Numbered from the stretch's first letter, positions 30,882 to 41,277 are shown. The stretch: 64,000 nucleotides of DNA from Gemmatimonadota bacterium (GCA_963666735.1 OY762926.1:1568001-1632000), one strand, 5' to 3'. Translations and numbers: made by a program. The notes: generated from the letters alone by a model not told the origin.

Positions 30882-32753
30882 CCCTAAAACAGGCGCGATC
30901 CACGCGCGAACCCTTGTTAAAAGGTACCGGAAAGGCTTATCCTGATTGTCGATAGCGGATTCGAACGATGGACGCCCGATCCCAACCAGGAGGCCTTTCC
31001 GGTGAACGGAATATCGCACAGGCAGAGCCGAAGGAACAGTGCCGGCGGAAGCGGAGAGTGGAGTCGCGGCGGGCGGGGGCGAGGCGGCGGGGCTCCCGGC
31101 CGAAGCCCGTGTTTTCGGCGGGCGGGCTCCGCTACGAGATCGGGGCGCGGACGAGCGCGATGAGCTTCGGGGGCATCGGCGCCGTGCGGCGCCTGGTGTC
31201 GAAGCTTTCGCTGGCGCGGGAGATCGACCGGCGACTGGATCTTCTGAAGCGGCACCTGCCGTACCACGAGTCGGACCACGTGCTGAACATCGCCTACAAC
31301 CTGCTGTGCGGGGGCGCGCGGCTGGAGGATCTGAACGGCCTGCGCCACGACGCGGCGTACATGGACGCCCTGGGCGCGGACGTGATCCCCAGTCCGACGG
31401 CGGCGGGCGACTTCACGCGGCGCTTCTCCGAGTCGGACGTGGTCGAGCTCATGGAGTGCGTCAACGCGGTCAGGCCCAAGCTGTGGCGGGGCCGGGGCCG
31501 GGATCTGCTGGAGCCGGTGGCCCATATCGACGTGGACGGGACGCTGGCGCCCACGCTGGGCCGCAAGAAGGCGGGCATGGACATGTCCTACAAGAAGGTG
31601 TGGGGCTACCACCCGCTGGTCGTGTCGCTGGCCAACACGGCCGAGGTGCTCTACGTGGTGAACCGGCCGGGCAACGCGGTGAGCCACGCCGGCGCGGCGG
31701 AGTGGATCGACCGGGCCATCGACCTGGTGGCGCCGTACGCGGAGCGGGTGTGCGTGCGCGGGGACACGGACTTCTCGCTGACCGTCAACTTCGACCGCTG
31801 GAGCGAGCGGGCGGACTTCATCTTCGGCTACGACGCCCATTCGGCGCTGGTGCGGCGGGCCGAGGCGCTGGAGGAGGACGACTGGAAGCCTCTGGAGCGC
31901 AAGCCCCGCCACGTGTCCCGGACGGGGAAGACGCGGAGTGGGCGGGAGGACGTGAAGGGGCGGATCGTGCGCGAGCGCGGTTACGTGAACAAGCGGCTCA
32001 ACTTCGAGGAGGTGGCCGAGTTCGACCACCGGCCCGTCAAGTGCCGCAAGACGTACCGGATGGTGGTGGTGCGCAAGAACATCAGCGAGATGAGGGGCGA
32101 ACTCGCCCTCATCGAGGAGATCCGCCACTTCTTCCACATCACCACCCGGAGGGACGTGAGCGCGGCCGAGGTCGTCCGGCTGGCCAACGCCCGGTGCGGC
32201 CAGGAGAACGTGATCGCGCAGCTCAAGAACGGGGTGAACGCGCTGCGCGTGCCCGTCTACGACCTGGTGAGCAACTGGGCCTACATGGTGATGGCGGCCT
32301 TGGCGTGGAACCTCAAGAGCTTCCTGGCGATGATGATGCACCTGAAGGCCGACCGCCGGAAATACACCGCCATGGAGTTCAGGCGCTTCGTCCGCGAGAT
32401 GATCCTCGTGCCCTGCCAAGTCATCCGCCGCGCCCGCCGCACGACCCTGCGCATCATCGGCTGGCGGCCCTCGGTGGACCGCCTGTTCAGCACCTGGAAC
32501 ACCATCGAGCGGACCGGCTTCACGTAGCACCCGCCGCCGGGCCCGGCTCGCCCGAAGGCGTCAACCGCCTCCCCGGGGACCGGTGTCTCCCCGCGCAAAA
32601 CGCCGGCCCCGCACCCTCCTTCCGCCGAGCGACAAACCCCGAATCCCCGCCTCGGAACCACGGAAACACGGCTTCCCGGCGGCCTCCTCCGCCCATAATC
32701 CGCCGCCCGAAATCCAAGTGACGCCTCGCCAGCCCTACTCGCTTGTTTTAGGG
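30882..32753 (+). mobile_element. IS1380-family insertion sequence with CTAG target duplication
   Basis: Ends CCCTAAAACAGGCG and CGCTTGTTTTAGGG; CTAG at 30878-30881 and 32754-32757. Confidence 0.92.
30968..32527 (+). CDS. IS1380-family DDE transposase (possible 1-nt deletion at the true start)
   Basis: HLPYHESDHVLNIAYN, IDVDGT, GYHPLVVSLANT, VRGDTDF, RCGQENVIAQLK. Confidence 0.9.
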   Translation: MDARSQPGGLSGERNIAQAEPKEQCRRKRRVESRRAGARRRGSRPKPVFSAGGLRYEIGARTSAMSFGGIGAVRRLVSKLSLAREIDRRLDLLKRHLPYHESDHVLNIAYNLLCGGARLEDLNGLRHDAAYMDALGADVIPSPTAAGDFTRRFSESDVVELMECVNAVRPKLWRGRGRDLLEPVAHIDVDGTLAPTLGRKKAGMDMSYKKVWGYHPLVVSLANTAEVLYVVNRPGNAVSHAGAAEWIDRAIDLVAPYAERVCVRGDTDFSLTVNFDRWSERADFIFGYDAHSALVRRAEALEEDDWKPLERKPRHVSRTGKTRSGREDVKGRIVRERGYVNKRLNFEEVAEFDHRPVKCRKTYRMVVVRKNISEMRGELALIEEIRHFFHITTRRDVSAAEVVRLANARCGQENVIAQLKNGVNALRVPVYDLVSNWAYMVMAALAWNLKSFLAMMMHLKADRRKYTAMEFRRFVREMILVPCQVIRRARRTTLRIIGWRPSVDRLFSTWNTIERTGFT

Positions 32754-34714
32754 CTAGCCGCGCCCTGCTTTGGAACTCGGAGTGATTGGATCCACTCCGG
32801 CATCTCCGTCTGGCTGGCGGCATCGGCACTGCTCTCGGCACCGGTCACTTCCACCCAGTCGAACAGAGCGGTTCGGCCCACATCGCCTTCCATCACCAAT
32901 GACACGAAAAAGATCTGCTCCAGGAGCGTGGCAAACGTCTCGTCCGGTTGCCCGCGAACCAGATCTGTACCCCCGGCGGCTATGAAGATTTCTTCGCCAT
33001 CCCAGCCGAGAGTAATCTCTGTCAGTTCATTGGGACCATCGTTGATGGCGTCGGAGTTACCGCTGAGATCCGCGAGCGGAAGCCACTCATCTTCATCATC
33101 ATCTCTCACCCACATGGAGAAGTTCGTCCCCCCTATGGGTCCAGTGTTGAAAGACATTAGTGGGTAGCGACGGATACCCGTGCCCCACCACACGCCTGCG
33201 AGACCATCGCGCTGGGCTCGGCCCATGCTCACGCGCAGCGTCCACGCAGACAGTGGGCTCTCCAGGTCGCGCGCTACCGCGCCGAAGAACTGGGCGCGGG
33301 TGTTGGTGACGCGCAGCACACCATCGACTATTGCGGCATCGGCATTATGTATCTGCCAATCGGCCAGACTGGCCGAGGATGTGAAATCGTCGCGGAACCC
33401 CGCGCCTCCGCCGGCCCTGACGGTTACCGTGTTCTCACTCCGGTAGCGTCCGCGGACGCCGTTGACCGACAGCTCTCCGGCCAGTCGATACTCGCCCGCC
33501 GCCGCCGTCGCCAAGTCGTACCCGCAGATCTGACCTGACCTCCGCGTTCCGGAAACCTGACTCCACTCGGAGCCGGCCGATACCTGCCATTCGGTCCAGT
33601 GGACCCGATAAGCCACGCCGCCGAGGTTGACGGAGCCGGCAGACAGACAACCTGTACCCAGGTTGATGCCTCCAATACTGAAGCCGCCGGCGGCGGTGAT
33701 CCTCAGCCCACTGAGCGGTACGTAGCCGGAATCGGAACGAACGGTGACTCCGGTCGACTGCGTGGCGGTCAGGCCTCCGGGATCGCGGGCCGTTACGGTC
33801 ACTGTTGCAGATCCGGCCGCCGTCCCTGCGATCGTCAGCGTGCTGCCCGACACGGACGCCGATGCGACGGCGTCCGCGGATGACGTGGCCGTGTACGTCA
33901 GCGCGTCTCCGTCCGGATCCCGGAAGTAGGTGGCCACGTCCAAGGCCGCCGTTTGCCCTGTGTCGACGGTCTGGTTCGGGATCGCCCCCACGGGCTCCGG
34001 CGCCCGGTTCGCTCTCGTGACCGTCATCGCGAAGCTCTGCGACGCCGTCAGGCCCGCCCCATCGTGCGCCATCACCGTCACGGCAGCCGTGCCTGCCGCC
34101 ACGCCCACCATCGTAAGCGTGCTTCCCGAGATGGAGACCGAGACCACGCCGGCGGCCGATGTTGTGGCGGTGTAGGTAAGCGCATCCTCATCCGGATCCC
34201 GGAAGTAGGACACTACGTCCAGGGTCGCCGCCTCCCCCGCTACCACGGTCTGGTTCGGAATCGTCCCCACGGGCTCCGGCGCCCGGTTCGGCGTCTCCAC
34301 CGTGACCTGGAAGCTCTGCGTAGCCGAGAGCCCGCCCGGATCCGTTGCCGTCACCGTCACGGTCGCGGTCCCGTCGGCCACACCCACCATGGTGAGCGTG
34401 CTACCCGACACGGAGACTGAAACGACCCCTGCGGTCGATGAGGCTGCCGAGTAGGCCAGCGCACCGCCATCGGGGTCCCGGAAGTAGGCGACGACGTCCA
34501 GCGTCGCGGTTTGTCCCGTCTCGATGGTCTGGTTCGGAATCGTACCCACCTGCACCGGGGCTACGGGCGGCGGTGGCGGCGGCGGTGGCGGCGGCGTCGG
34601 CGACGGCCCGGACCCGGAATCACCACCGCAGGCGCCGATGCCGACCAGAAACACGACAGCCGCGAGCGCAGTTGATGGAGTCCGGACGTTGGCCGGGATC
34701 ATGAATCGTTTCAA
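32735..34714 (-). CDS. Surface lipoprotein with polyproline linker and three Ig/cadherin-like repeats; C-terminus truncated by IS1380
   Basis: Lipobox IGAC-GG; P-rich linker; three repeats of AP.PVG.IPNQTV......LDV..YFRDPD..AL.Y.A.....VTVTA.D..GL.A.QS. Confidence 0.88.
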   Translation of the reverse strand: MKRFMIPANVRTPSTALAAVVFLVGIGACGGDSGSGPSPTPPPPPPPPPPVAPVQVGTIPNQTIETGQTATLDVVAYFRDPDGGALAYSAASSTAGVVSVSVSGSTLTMVGVADGTATVTVTATDPGGLSATQSFQVTVETPNRAPEPVGTIPNQTVVAGEAATLDVVSYFRDPDEDALTYTATTSAAGVVSVSISGSTLTMVGVAAGTAAVTVMAHDGAGLTASQSFAMTVTRANRAPEPVGAIPNQTVDTGQTAALDVATYFRDPDGDALTYTATSSADAVASASVSGSTLTIAGTAAGSATVTVTARDPGGLTATQSTGVTVRSDSGYVPLSGLRITAAGGFSIGGINLGTGCLSAGSVNLGGVAYRVHWTEWQVSAGSEWSQVSGTRRSGQICGYDLATAAAGEYRLAGELSVNGVRGRYRSENTVTVRAGGGAGFRDDFTSSASLADWQIHNADAAIVDGVLRVTNTRAQFFGAVARDLESPLSAWTLRVSMGRAQRDGLAGVWWGTGIRRYPLMSFNTGPIGGTNFSMWVRDDDEDEWLPLADLSGNSDAINDGPNELTEITLGWDGEEIFIAAGGTDLVRGQPDETFATLLEQIFFVSLVMEGDVGRTALFDWVEVTGAESSADAASQTEMPEWIQSLRVPKQGAASPKTSE

Positions 34715-34890
34715 CTCGACACCTCTCCGGAACAGGCATGTCGATCAAGGAGTCCCGGGCGGTCCTACAACGAATTGATGAGGCTCCAGATGCTCGTCTC
34801 GTCAATCCTACCGCAAGGGTGAAGGTGAAGGTATGCGAGACACGCTGGGAATGGTATCCCCTGTTTTGGGGACATCCGGAGACTCGTCCG

Positions 34891-36042
34891 TTAGCGCCGG
34901 GATCCCGGCAGGGCTTCCAGCGACATGATGCGCCGCACGAGGTCCGTCTGTTTGTGAACCGCGAGTTTGCGATAGATTCGCCTGACGTGAGTGCGGACGG
35001 TGCTCTCGCCGCAGCCCAGCTCGACCGCGATGCCGGCAATCGTCTGGCCGGCCGCCAGATCCACCGCCACACGACTCTCCGCAGGCGACAACCCCAGGGC
35101 CGCGGCCGCAAACGCCGGATCGATCCGAGGTCGGGCCTCCGGATCGACGAGCAGCACGAGTACGGCAATGTCGCGCGCGCGACGACCGGCGCCATCTGTC
35201 CGTACGGGGCAGATCTCGAGGACCAGCGGTGTGCGAGTCTTCGCGCGCGTGATCTTCACGGAGCCCCCGGCGCCCTGAGCACCGTACGGAGTCAGGGCGC
35301 CGGCCAGCAAGCGCTGCAGTTCCGCGTTCTCCCCCGGCAGTCGGGCAACCAGCGTGCCCCCGGCGTCGCTGAGTCCGTCGCGTTTCAGCAGAATCTCCCG
35401 GGCTCGGTCGTTCGCTTCCAGGATCCGCCCGCGACCGTTCAGCTGAACAAACCCCGACCGTCCGTTCTCGAGCAACGCGGTGAGCGTCGCGCTCAGAGCC
35501 CCGGCGTTGGCCATCGCGTGCCGGACGCGCGCGAAGTGGCGCAGGTGAGGCGCGAGACGCCGGATGGTCCAGATCTGCCTGTGCCCCCAGCTTCCCTCCT
35601 CGGTGGAGTTTCCCAGGGACAGGACGACCGCACTCCCGTCCAGTCCGTCAAGCCCCACATAAAGACCTTTCTCGGTTTCGTTGGGACGCCGAAGTTCATT
35701 GTATACGACGGAGGTCTTCTTTTCCTGGTCCGTATAAAGATCCGATCTGTAGGCCAACTCTCCGTCGCGGAGTCCGTGGAGCCGCGGAATCGCTTCATCC
35801 CGCCAGTAATAGTCGCGAAAATAGAGTTCCTCATGATCGGCCCGACGTTCCCGGCCCACGAAGAACCGGCTCAGATAGACCTCCGGATTGTCCGGCGGAC
35901 TCGGGTTCGCATACGACAGGCTATGGCCGTTCGTCCCGATGACGTCGTTGATCGAGGCGGCCGCCGAGACCCACTTGCCATCCGTCAGCGCCGCTTCGTA
36001 TAGCAGCGCCAACGTGCGCTCGAAGGCATCCTGCGTGGTCAT
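34891..36042 (-). CDS. LuxR-type HTH transcriptional regulator with PAS-like sensor region
   Basis: C-terminal LGLSPAESRVAVDLAAG....IA..LG..ESTVRTHVRRIYRKL; ATG 36042 (MTTQDAFER). Confidence 0.88.
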   Translation of the reverse strand: MTTQDAFERTLALLYEAALTDGKWVSAAASINDVIGTNGHSLSYANPSPPDNPEVYLSRFFVGRERRADHEELYFRDYYWRDEAIPRLHGLRDGELAYRSDLYTDQEKKTSVVYNELRRPNETEKGLYVGLDGLDGSAVVLSLGNSTEEGSWGHRQIWTIRRLAPHLRHFARVRHAMANAGALSATLTALLENGRSGFVQLNGRGRILEANDRAREILLKRDGLSDAGGTLVARLPGENAELQRLLAGALTPYGAQGAGGSVKITRAKTRTPLVLEICPVRTDGAGRRARDIAVLVLLVDPEARPRIDPAFAAAALGLSPAESRVAVDLAAGQTIAGIAVELGCGESTVRTHVRRIYRKLAVHKQTDLVRRIMSLEALPGSRR

Positions 36043-36225
36043 GCGGCGCCTACTTGAAACACGGCGTTCCGCAAACGCCTGCCGGCCGGAAATGATCACC
36101 TGCCGGCCGAGCCGCCGAGTCGATCCGGACGTTATCAGACACTCCCGTCCTCCCTTATTGGTTGGGCCAGCCCCCCATTCATAGGTGGACCACCGCGGGA
36201 ACGTCGTCAAGCGATGCCGGAGCCG

Positions 36226-37626
36226 TCAGTCCCGCCTGAGGCACCGCCGAGTGAAGGCGACGATCGCGAAGGCGGCGGCGGAGACGGTGAGGCCGATGAG
36301 CGTCCGGTCAAGGAGGGCGGGCGCATCCGCGGGGGCGAAGATGCGGACGGCCGCGAGGGCGGCAAGCCCGGCCCCGATGGCGGCCAGCGCCTCCGGCACG
36401 CCGGCGCGCCGTGTGTGCAGTCCGGCGGCCACCGGCACGAAGAGGCTCACGCTCAGGATCGAATAGAAGATCGTGAGCGAGGCGATGACGCTCTCCAGCC
36501 AGAGGGCGAGCAGCACGGCGAGGGTCCCGCCGAGGATGGCGGCGCCGCGCGCCACGCGCAGCACGTCCCTGTCAGGGGCTTCGGGTCTGAGGAATCCCTT
36601 GTAAAGGTCCTTCGAGAGAGATGTCGAGAGCATGAACAGCCCGGCGTCGGCCGAACTCACTTCGGCGGAGAACACCGCGGCGAGGCCCAGCAACCCGAGC
36701 GCCGGCGGGAGCGCCGTGGCGAGGAGCATGGGCAGCGCCTGCTCGCGGCTCGCGAGCGCGGGGTCGTAGACGCGGGCGATCATGCCGAGCAGGGTCGGCG
36801 CGAAGGCGAACAGCACGAGCCCGGCGCCGGCGGCGAGGAGCCCGATCCGGATCGCCCGGGGGCCCGTCGCTCCGTAGACCTTCTGCACCAGTCCGGGCGA
36901 GATGATGAAGGCCGGCGCGAGGAGTGCGATATAGACCCACCCGGATCCCCCGCCCTGCCACGGATTCAGGTAGTCCGGCGACGTGCGCGCGGCGGTGGCC
37001 TCGATGGCCGCCCAGCCGCCGATGTCGGAAAGCGCCCACGGGATCGCGATCGCGAACCCGGCGAGCAGCACGATGAGCTGGACCAGGTTGACCCAGGCCG
37101 ACGCCACGAGGCCGCCGGCGCTGAAGTAGGCGATGACGACGATCCCGCCCAGGAGCGCGCCGATCCAGCGCGGCGTGCCGGCGACGACCGAGACGATCTC
37201 GGCCATGGCGATGAGCTGCCCGGACACGATGGTGAGCGTGGCGAACCAGAGCAGGACGGCGATCAGCAGCCGAACGGAGCGGCCGTAGCGCAGGTCCAGG
37301 TAGTCGCCCATGGTGAGGAGCCCGTGGCGCGCGGCGACCCGCCAGATGCGCGGCCCGATCCAGACGGCGAGCAGGATCGTCCCGATGCCGGCCGAGCCGA
37401 CCCACCACCACGCGCTGAGACCGTCGCGATAGCCGAGTCCCGCAGCGCCCACCGTCGTGCCCGCCCCGAGGTTGGCGGCGAGCACGGTGGCGAAGAGGAG
37501 CACGGCCCCGAGCTTGCGGTCGGCCACGAAGAAGCTCCCCGTCGCGGCGACCCGCCGCCCGATCCACGCGCCCAGCGCCACGAGCCCCGCGGCGTACGCG
37601 AGCAGCACCCACAAGCCGACGGTCAT
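36226..37626 (-). CDS. Sodium:solute symporter family protein
   Basis: FFVADRKLG...GAGTTVGAAG, TMGDYLDLRYG, GGLVASAWVNLVQ, SAEVSSAD. Confidence 0.93.
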   Translation of the reverse strand: MTVGLWVLLAYAAGLVALGAWIGRRVAATGSFFVADRKLGAVLLFATVLAANLGAGTTVGAAGLGYRDGLSAWWWVGSAGIGTILLAVWIGPRIWRVAARHGLLTMGDYLDLRYGRSVRLLIAVLLWFATLTIVSGQLIAMAEIVSVVAGTPRWIGALLGGIVVIAYFSAGGLVASAWVNLVQLIVLLAGFAIAIPWALSDIGGWAAIEATAARTSPDYLNPWQGGGSGWVYIALLAPAFIISPGLVQKVYGATGPRAIRIGLLAAGAGLVLFAFAPTLLGMIARVYDPALASREQALPMLLATALPPALGLLGLAAVFSAEVSSADAGLFMLSTSLSKDLYKGFLRPEAPDRDVLRVARGAAILGGTLAVLLALWLESVIASLTIFYSILSVSLFVPVAAGLHTRRAGVPEALAAIGAGLAALAAVRIFAPADAPALLDRTLIGLTVSAAAFAIVAFTRRCLRRD

Positions 37627-37692
37627 TGGATCACCCGCGGCGAGCTTACCGGGGCGCGTTCAAGGCATGTGACATCCGAAGGAAGCAAGACG

Positions 37693-37872
37693 TCAGCTGC
37701 GTCCGTAGCGGGCCGCGTCCTCTTCGATCTCAAACGCCCTAGGCCGGTCCAGGTCGATGCCCGGACGGGGCGAGCCGCGCACCGTCACCAGGCGGAAGGG
37801 CTTTGGCTCGGAATCCTCGCGTCGCTTGGGCGCATCGTCCAGGGGGTTGGCGCTAAACGCACTCACACTCAT
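37693..37872 (-). pseudogene. Degenerate ribbon-helix-helix/VapB-like antitoxin remnant
   Basis: AARGMSVSAF...LDDAPKR.....PFRLVTVRG..RPGIDLD resembles the C-terminal half of such antitoxins; no toxin follows. Confidence 0.4.
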
Positions 37873-37945
37873 TCCTCGAGCCGCAGGTTCGCAACCTCGT
37901 CCACGTTTCGGACCGAGCTCATCCCGAATCACGCCGCAACGTGCC

Positions 37946-38422
37946 TTAGGGGCTTGAGAGTCCCTTGATCAACTTATCTCCGCACTTGATCAACCTCACG
38001 GCCTCCAGCTTGCCGTGACACCTGATGAAGTTACGGGACTTCTTGAGTTGCTGCCGCTCCGCTTTCGGCACGGAACCAGTCGCAGCGATGGGGCGAAACC
38101 TGAAGTCGCTTCCACTTGGGATGAGATCCTCCGCGACCGCCGCACCCGCCCGGAGCTGTTTGACGACCTGGGAGGTCTTCAGCGCCCCTCTCTTGCACTC
38201 GATCGGTGCAACCCAATCCGTGTTCCGGAAATCATCCGCTACAAAGAGATAATCGCAACGGCCGCCGCCGGGCCCCGTGGGCGCTTCCGGACGATCGAAG
38301 TCCAATACGAGCCGCTGGTCCGGGGCGCCGCCCAGCGAGACCCGGCAACCGGCCTTCACGAGCGACCCCTGCGCGACACACGTCGAGTCGAGACCCTGTC
38401 TCACCGAATCCACGAGCCCCAT
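37946..38422 (-). CDS. Small PD-(D/E)xK-like putative nuclease
   Basis: RCDYLFVAD...VAPIECKRG motif; ATG overlaps the ATPase stop (TAATG). Confidence 0.65.
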   Translation of the reverse strand: MGLVDSVRQGLDSTCVAQGSLVKAGCRVSLGGAPDQRLVLDFDRPEAPTGPGGGRCDYLFVADDFRNTDWVAPIECKRGALKTSQVVKQLRAGAAVAEDLIPSGSDFRFRPIAATGSVPKAERQQLKKSRNFIRCHGKLEAVRLIKCGDKLIKGLSSP

Positions 38423-39945
38423 TACGCCGGGCTGTTCGTCAGACCCGCCATGTCGGCCCACCTGTTGTGAACGTCCATTGCCACCTGCTCGTAGCCCGCT
38501 TCGAACGTTCCGGCGGCGTCCATCTTAAGCTCGGTGACATGCGCGCCATCACCTTCCTTCCCCTCGGGCGGATGAAACCGCCACACGCCGACGCGTTCAG
38601 GCGTTAGGGCGGCTTCGCCATGGTCCTCGACTTGAGCCCGGCGAACGAGATTCGCCAGTTCCTCGAGAACCCACTCGCTGTGGGTCGTGATCACGACGCG
38701 AACACCGGCTTCCACCAGCTCGGCAAGGCGACCGATCACCTCCACCTGCATCGCCGGATGCAAGTGAGCCTCGGGTTCCTCGACGATGAGCACGTCCCCG
38801 GGACGCACCAAGTGGCGTACGTAGAGAACGACCGGCGCCAGTTCCGACACCATCGACGATGCCTGCGTAAGGGGCAGATCGCGCTTCCAGCCGAGAGGCC
38901 GATAGAGAAACTCCGGGTAATCCGCGGCAACCGATTCCGTACGGACGGCACCTCGCAGAACGGTGCGTTCCACATTCTCGGCCAGCGCGGACATCTGACG
39001 GTACTGCGACTTGGACCGATATCGGGCTCGGCGGGGAATACGATCCAGGCTGAGTAGTTGATCCAGGAAATCTGCCATCACTCCAGGAAGAAGCGGTAGC
39101 TCGCCGACCGGGCGGAGGCCCGCGCTGGCCGCACTCCGAATCAGGGAACTGACGACCACGCGATGGCTGTGCATTACACCCGTGCGGTCGGCGGGGAGAT
39201 AGTAGATGGATTGTTGGAATGGATGCAGAAGCGAAGCGCGTATCGTCGACGTCAGCAATAGAAGTGCGTACTCCGAGGGCCAGTCGTCGTCACGACCCAC
39301 TGCCATGCGGAAGGGTCCGGACGGGTCGCGAAGATTAGTGACCACCGATTCCAGCACGTCGGGATCGGCGTCGCCTAGGAGCGGCGCTTCACCGTGAATC
39401 CGGCCCTTCAAGCTTGAGTTCTCACCGCGCACGCGGAGCGAGTAATCCAGAAATCCCGAGCGGCGCGGCCGGGGCACGCGAATGCCGATCCGCGCGGCGG
39501 CACGCTGGCCGTGGCGCACTAGATCCCGAAACGAATCCACGCCAAAGCACCAGCACGCCTTCTCCGTCAGATGCCTTTCGACGCCGGGAGCGTCTTCGAT
39601 TGACTGCCGGACCATTGAACGAACGGAATCGGGAAGAGGAGACGATTCCTCACCGTGATCGGGGAACAGCCAGTGTTGCAAGTCTCTCGCCGCGTCAGCG
39701 TCCAAGTTCGTTGCGATGTGCATCCGGGACACGAACGGAGTTCGTCCGGCTCGCTCACCGACCAATTCGTGGAACGAGCGGTGGAGGGCGTACAGCAAGG
39801 TGGCGAGATAGGACTTGCCGGTGTTACTGGGCCCCACGAACACAGTTAGGGGACGCAGGTCTACTTCGGCATCTCCGATGGGACCGAAGTTCGTCGCCTT
39901 GATCCGGTAGTCTCCGGGCGCATGCGGACTCGAACCGTCGCTCAT
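38422..39945 (-). CDS. ABC-type (AAA_15/AAA_21) ATPase
   Basis: NFGPI, GPSNTGKS, ASSMVSELAP, IVEEPEAHLHP, ITTHS. Confidence 0.9.
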   Translation of the reverse strand: MSDGSSPHAPGDYRIKATNFGPIGDAEVDLRPLTVFVGPSNTGKSYLATLLYALHRSFHELVGERAGRTPFVSRMHIATNLDADAARDLQHWLFPDHGEESSPLPDSVRSMVRQSIEDAPGVERHLTEKACWCFGVDSFRDLVRHGQRAAARIGIRVPRPRRSGFLDYSLRVRGENSSLKGRIHGEAPLLGDADPDVLESVVTNLRDPSGPFRMAVGRDDDWPSEYALLLLTSTIRASLLHPFQQSIYYLPADRTGVMHSHRVVVSSLIRSAASAGLRPVGELPLLPGVMADFLDQLLSLDRIPRRARYRSKSQYRQMSALAENVERTVLRGAVRTESVAADYPEFLYRPLGWKRDLPLTQASSMVSELAPVVLYVRHLVRPGDVLIVEEPEAHLHPAMQVEVIGRLAELVEAGVRVVITTHSEWVLEELANLVRRAQVEDHGEAALTPERVGVWRFHPPEGKEGDGAHVTELKMDAAGTFEAGYEQVAMDVHNRWADMAGLTNSPA

Positions 39946-40047
39946 CGCGCGTCTTGCTTACCCTTGCCGAACAAGGTGTCCCCTCCTTCGAGATGTCGGT
40001 GGACATAAACGTAGCCGGTTGGGGTGCGGCGCCAAAACCAGTCGGCG

Positions 40048-41154
40048 TTAGCGGCCCGCGAGGTCGGAGACCGACGGGAGGCCGGGGAGGCCCGTGGCGG
40101 TGCGGACGGCACGGAGGATCGCTTCCGTCACCACGTCCGCGGCGAGCGCCCCGATGCGGCTGAGGCCGCCCTCGTCCTCGTGCGTACCGGTGGCGAGGCC
40201 GAACAGGGTGTCGCCGTCGCTCGGGGTGTGGGCCGGATAGATCGCGCGGGCGAGTCCGTCGTGCGCCATCTGCGCGACCTTCGTGATCTCGGCCTTCGTG
40301 AGCGTCGCGTTCGTCGCCACGACGCCGATCGTCGTGTTCTCGACGGAGGCGTCCTCGCCCGGCGGCCGCACCTCGCCCGCCCGCAGCAGAACGCGAGCGT
40401 CGGCGAACCCCATCCCGTCCTCGCTGCGGACGCCCGCCACGATCTCCCCCGTGGCCGGGTCGATCACGTCGCCGACCGCATTGACCGCCACGACCGCGGC
40501 CACGGTGAGGCCATCCTCGAGCGTGATCGAGGCGGTGCCGATCCCGCCCTTCATCGCCCGGCCGCGGCCGCCGAGCTTCCCCACCGTCGCCCCGGCCCCC
40601 GCGCCCACGCTGCCCTCGGCGGGTGCGGCGGCGCTCGCCGCGCGGGCAGCCTCGTAACCGCACTCCGGCCCCGGGCGGGCGGACCCGCCGCCGACGCCGA
40701 GATCGAACAGGATCGCCGCCGCGACGATCGGGACGACATGATCCCCGGCCTGATACCCGATCCCGCGCTCTTCCAGATACCGGACCACGCCCGACGCCGC
40801 GTCCAGCCCGAAGGCGCTCCCGCCCGAGAGCACGATGGCGTGGGCTTCCTGCACGCTGTTGACCGGATCGAGGAGGGCGGTCTCCCGCGTACCCGGCGCC
40901 CCGCCCCGCACGTCGACGCCGGCCACGGCGCCGTCCTTCGCGAGGACGACCGTACAGCCCGTGGGCCGTTCCTCCAGAGTGAAGTGCCCCAGCGCGAGCC
41001 CCTCGACCGCCGTGATTCCGGCACCCGCCTCGATCCCGCCGCCCGCCGAATCCGATGTCTCTCGCATCTCCTGCGCCACACATCCTCCCGCCACGAGAAA
41101 TCCACCGAACGCCACGGCCGATGCGAGCGCGACGAACCGGCAGTTGAGTGTCAT
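40048..41154 (-). CDS. P1/S58 family peptidase (DmpA-like), secreted or lipoprotein
   Basis: TGCTVV, DVRGGAPGTRET, LSGGSAFGLDAA, ENTTIGVVAT, PAHTPSDGDTLF. Confidence 0.92.
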   Translation of the reverse strand: MTLNCRFVALASAVAFGGFLVAGGCVAQEMRETSDSAGGGIEAGAGITAVEGLALGHFTLEERPTGCTVVLAKDGAVAGVDVRGGAPGTRETALLDPVNSVQEAHAIVLSGGSAFGLDAASGVVRYLEERGIGYQAGDHVVPIVAAAILFDLGVGGGSARPGPECGYEAARAASAAAPAEGSVGAGAGATVGKLGGRGRAMKGGIGTASITLEDGLTVAAVVAVNAVGDVIDPATGEIVAGVRSEDGMGFADARVLLRAGEVRPPGEDASVENTTIGVVATNATLTKAEITKVAQMAHDGLARAIYPAHTPSDGDTLFGLATGTHEDEGGLSRIGALAADVVTEAILRAVRTATGLPGLPSVSDLAGR

Positions 41155-41235
41155 ATGGTCGCTCCAACCCTGGATTAGCCGGGCGTGTCCACTACCGCTG
41201 CATTCGACGTGTCGGCAAGCCCGCCGAAGCAATGT

Positions 41236-41277
41236 AGCACGGATCCACCGTGCTGTGTGGCGAAGTGCTTGCAAGCA
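41236..41277. promoter_or_regulatory. Probable autoregulatory operator of the FitAB-like TA operon
   Basis: AGCACGG-N5-CCGTGCT (41236-54) and perfect palindrome TGCTTGCAAGCA (41266-77) upstream of the antitoxin. Confidence 0.5.
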
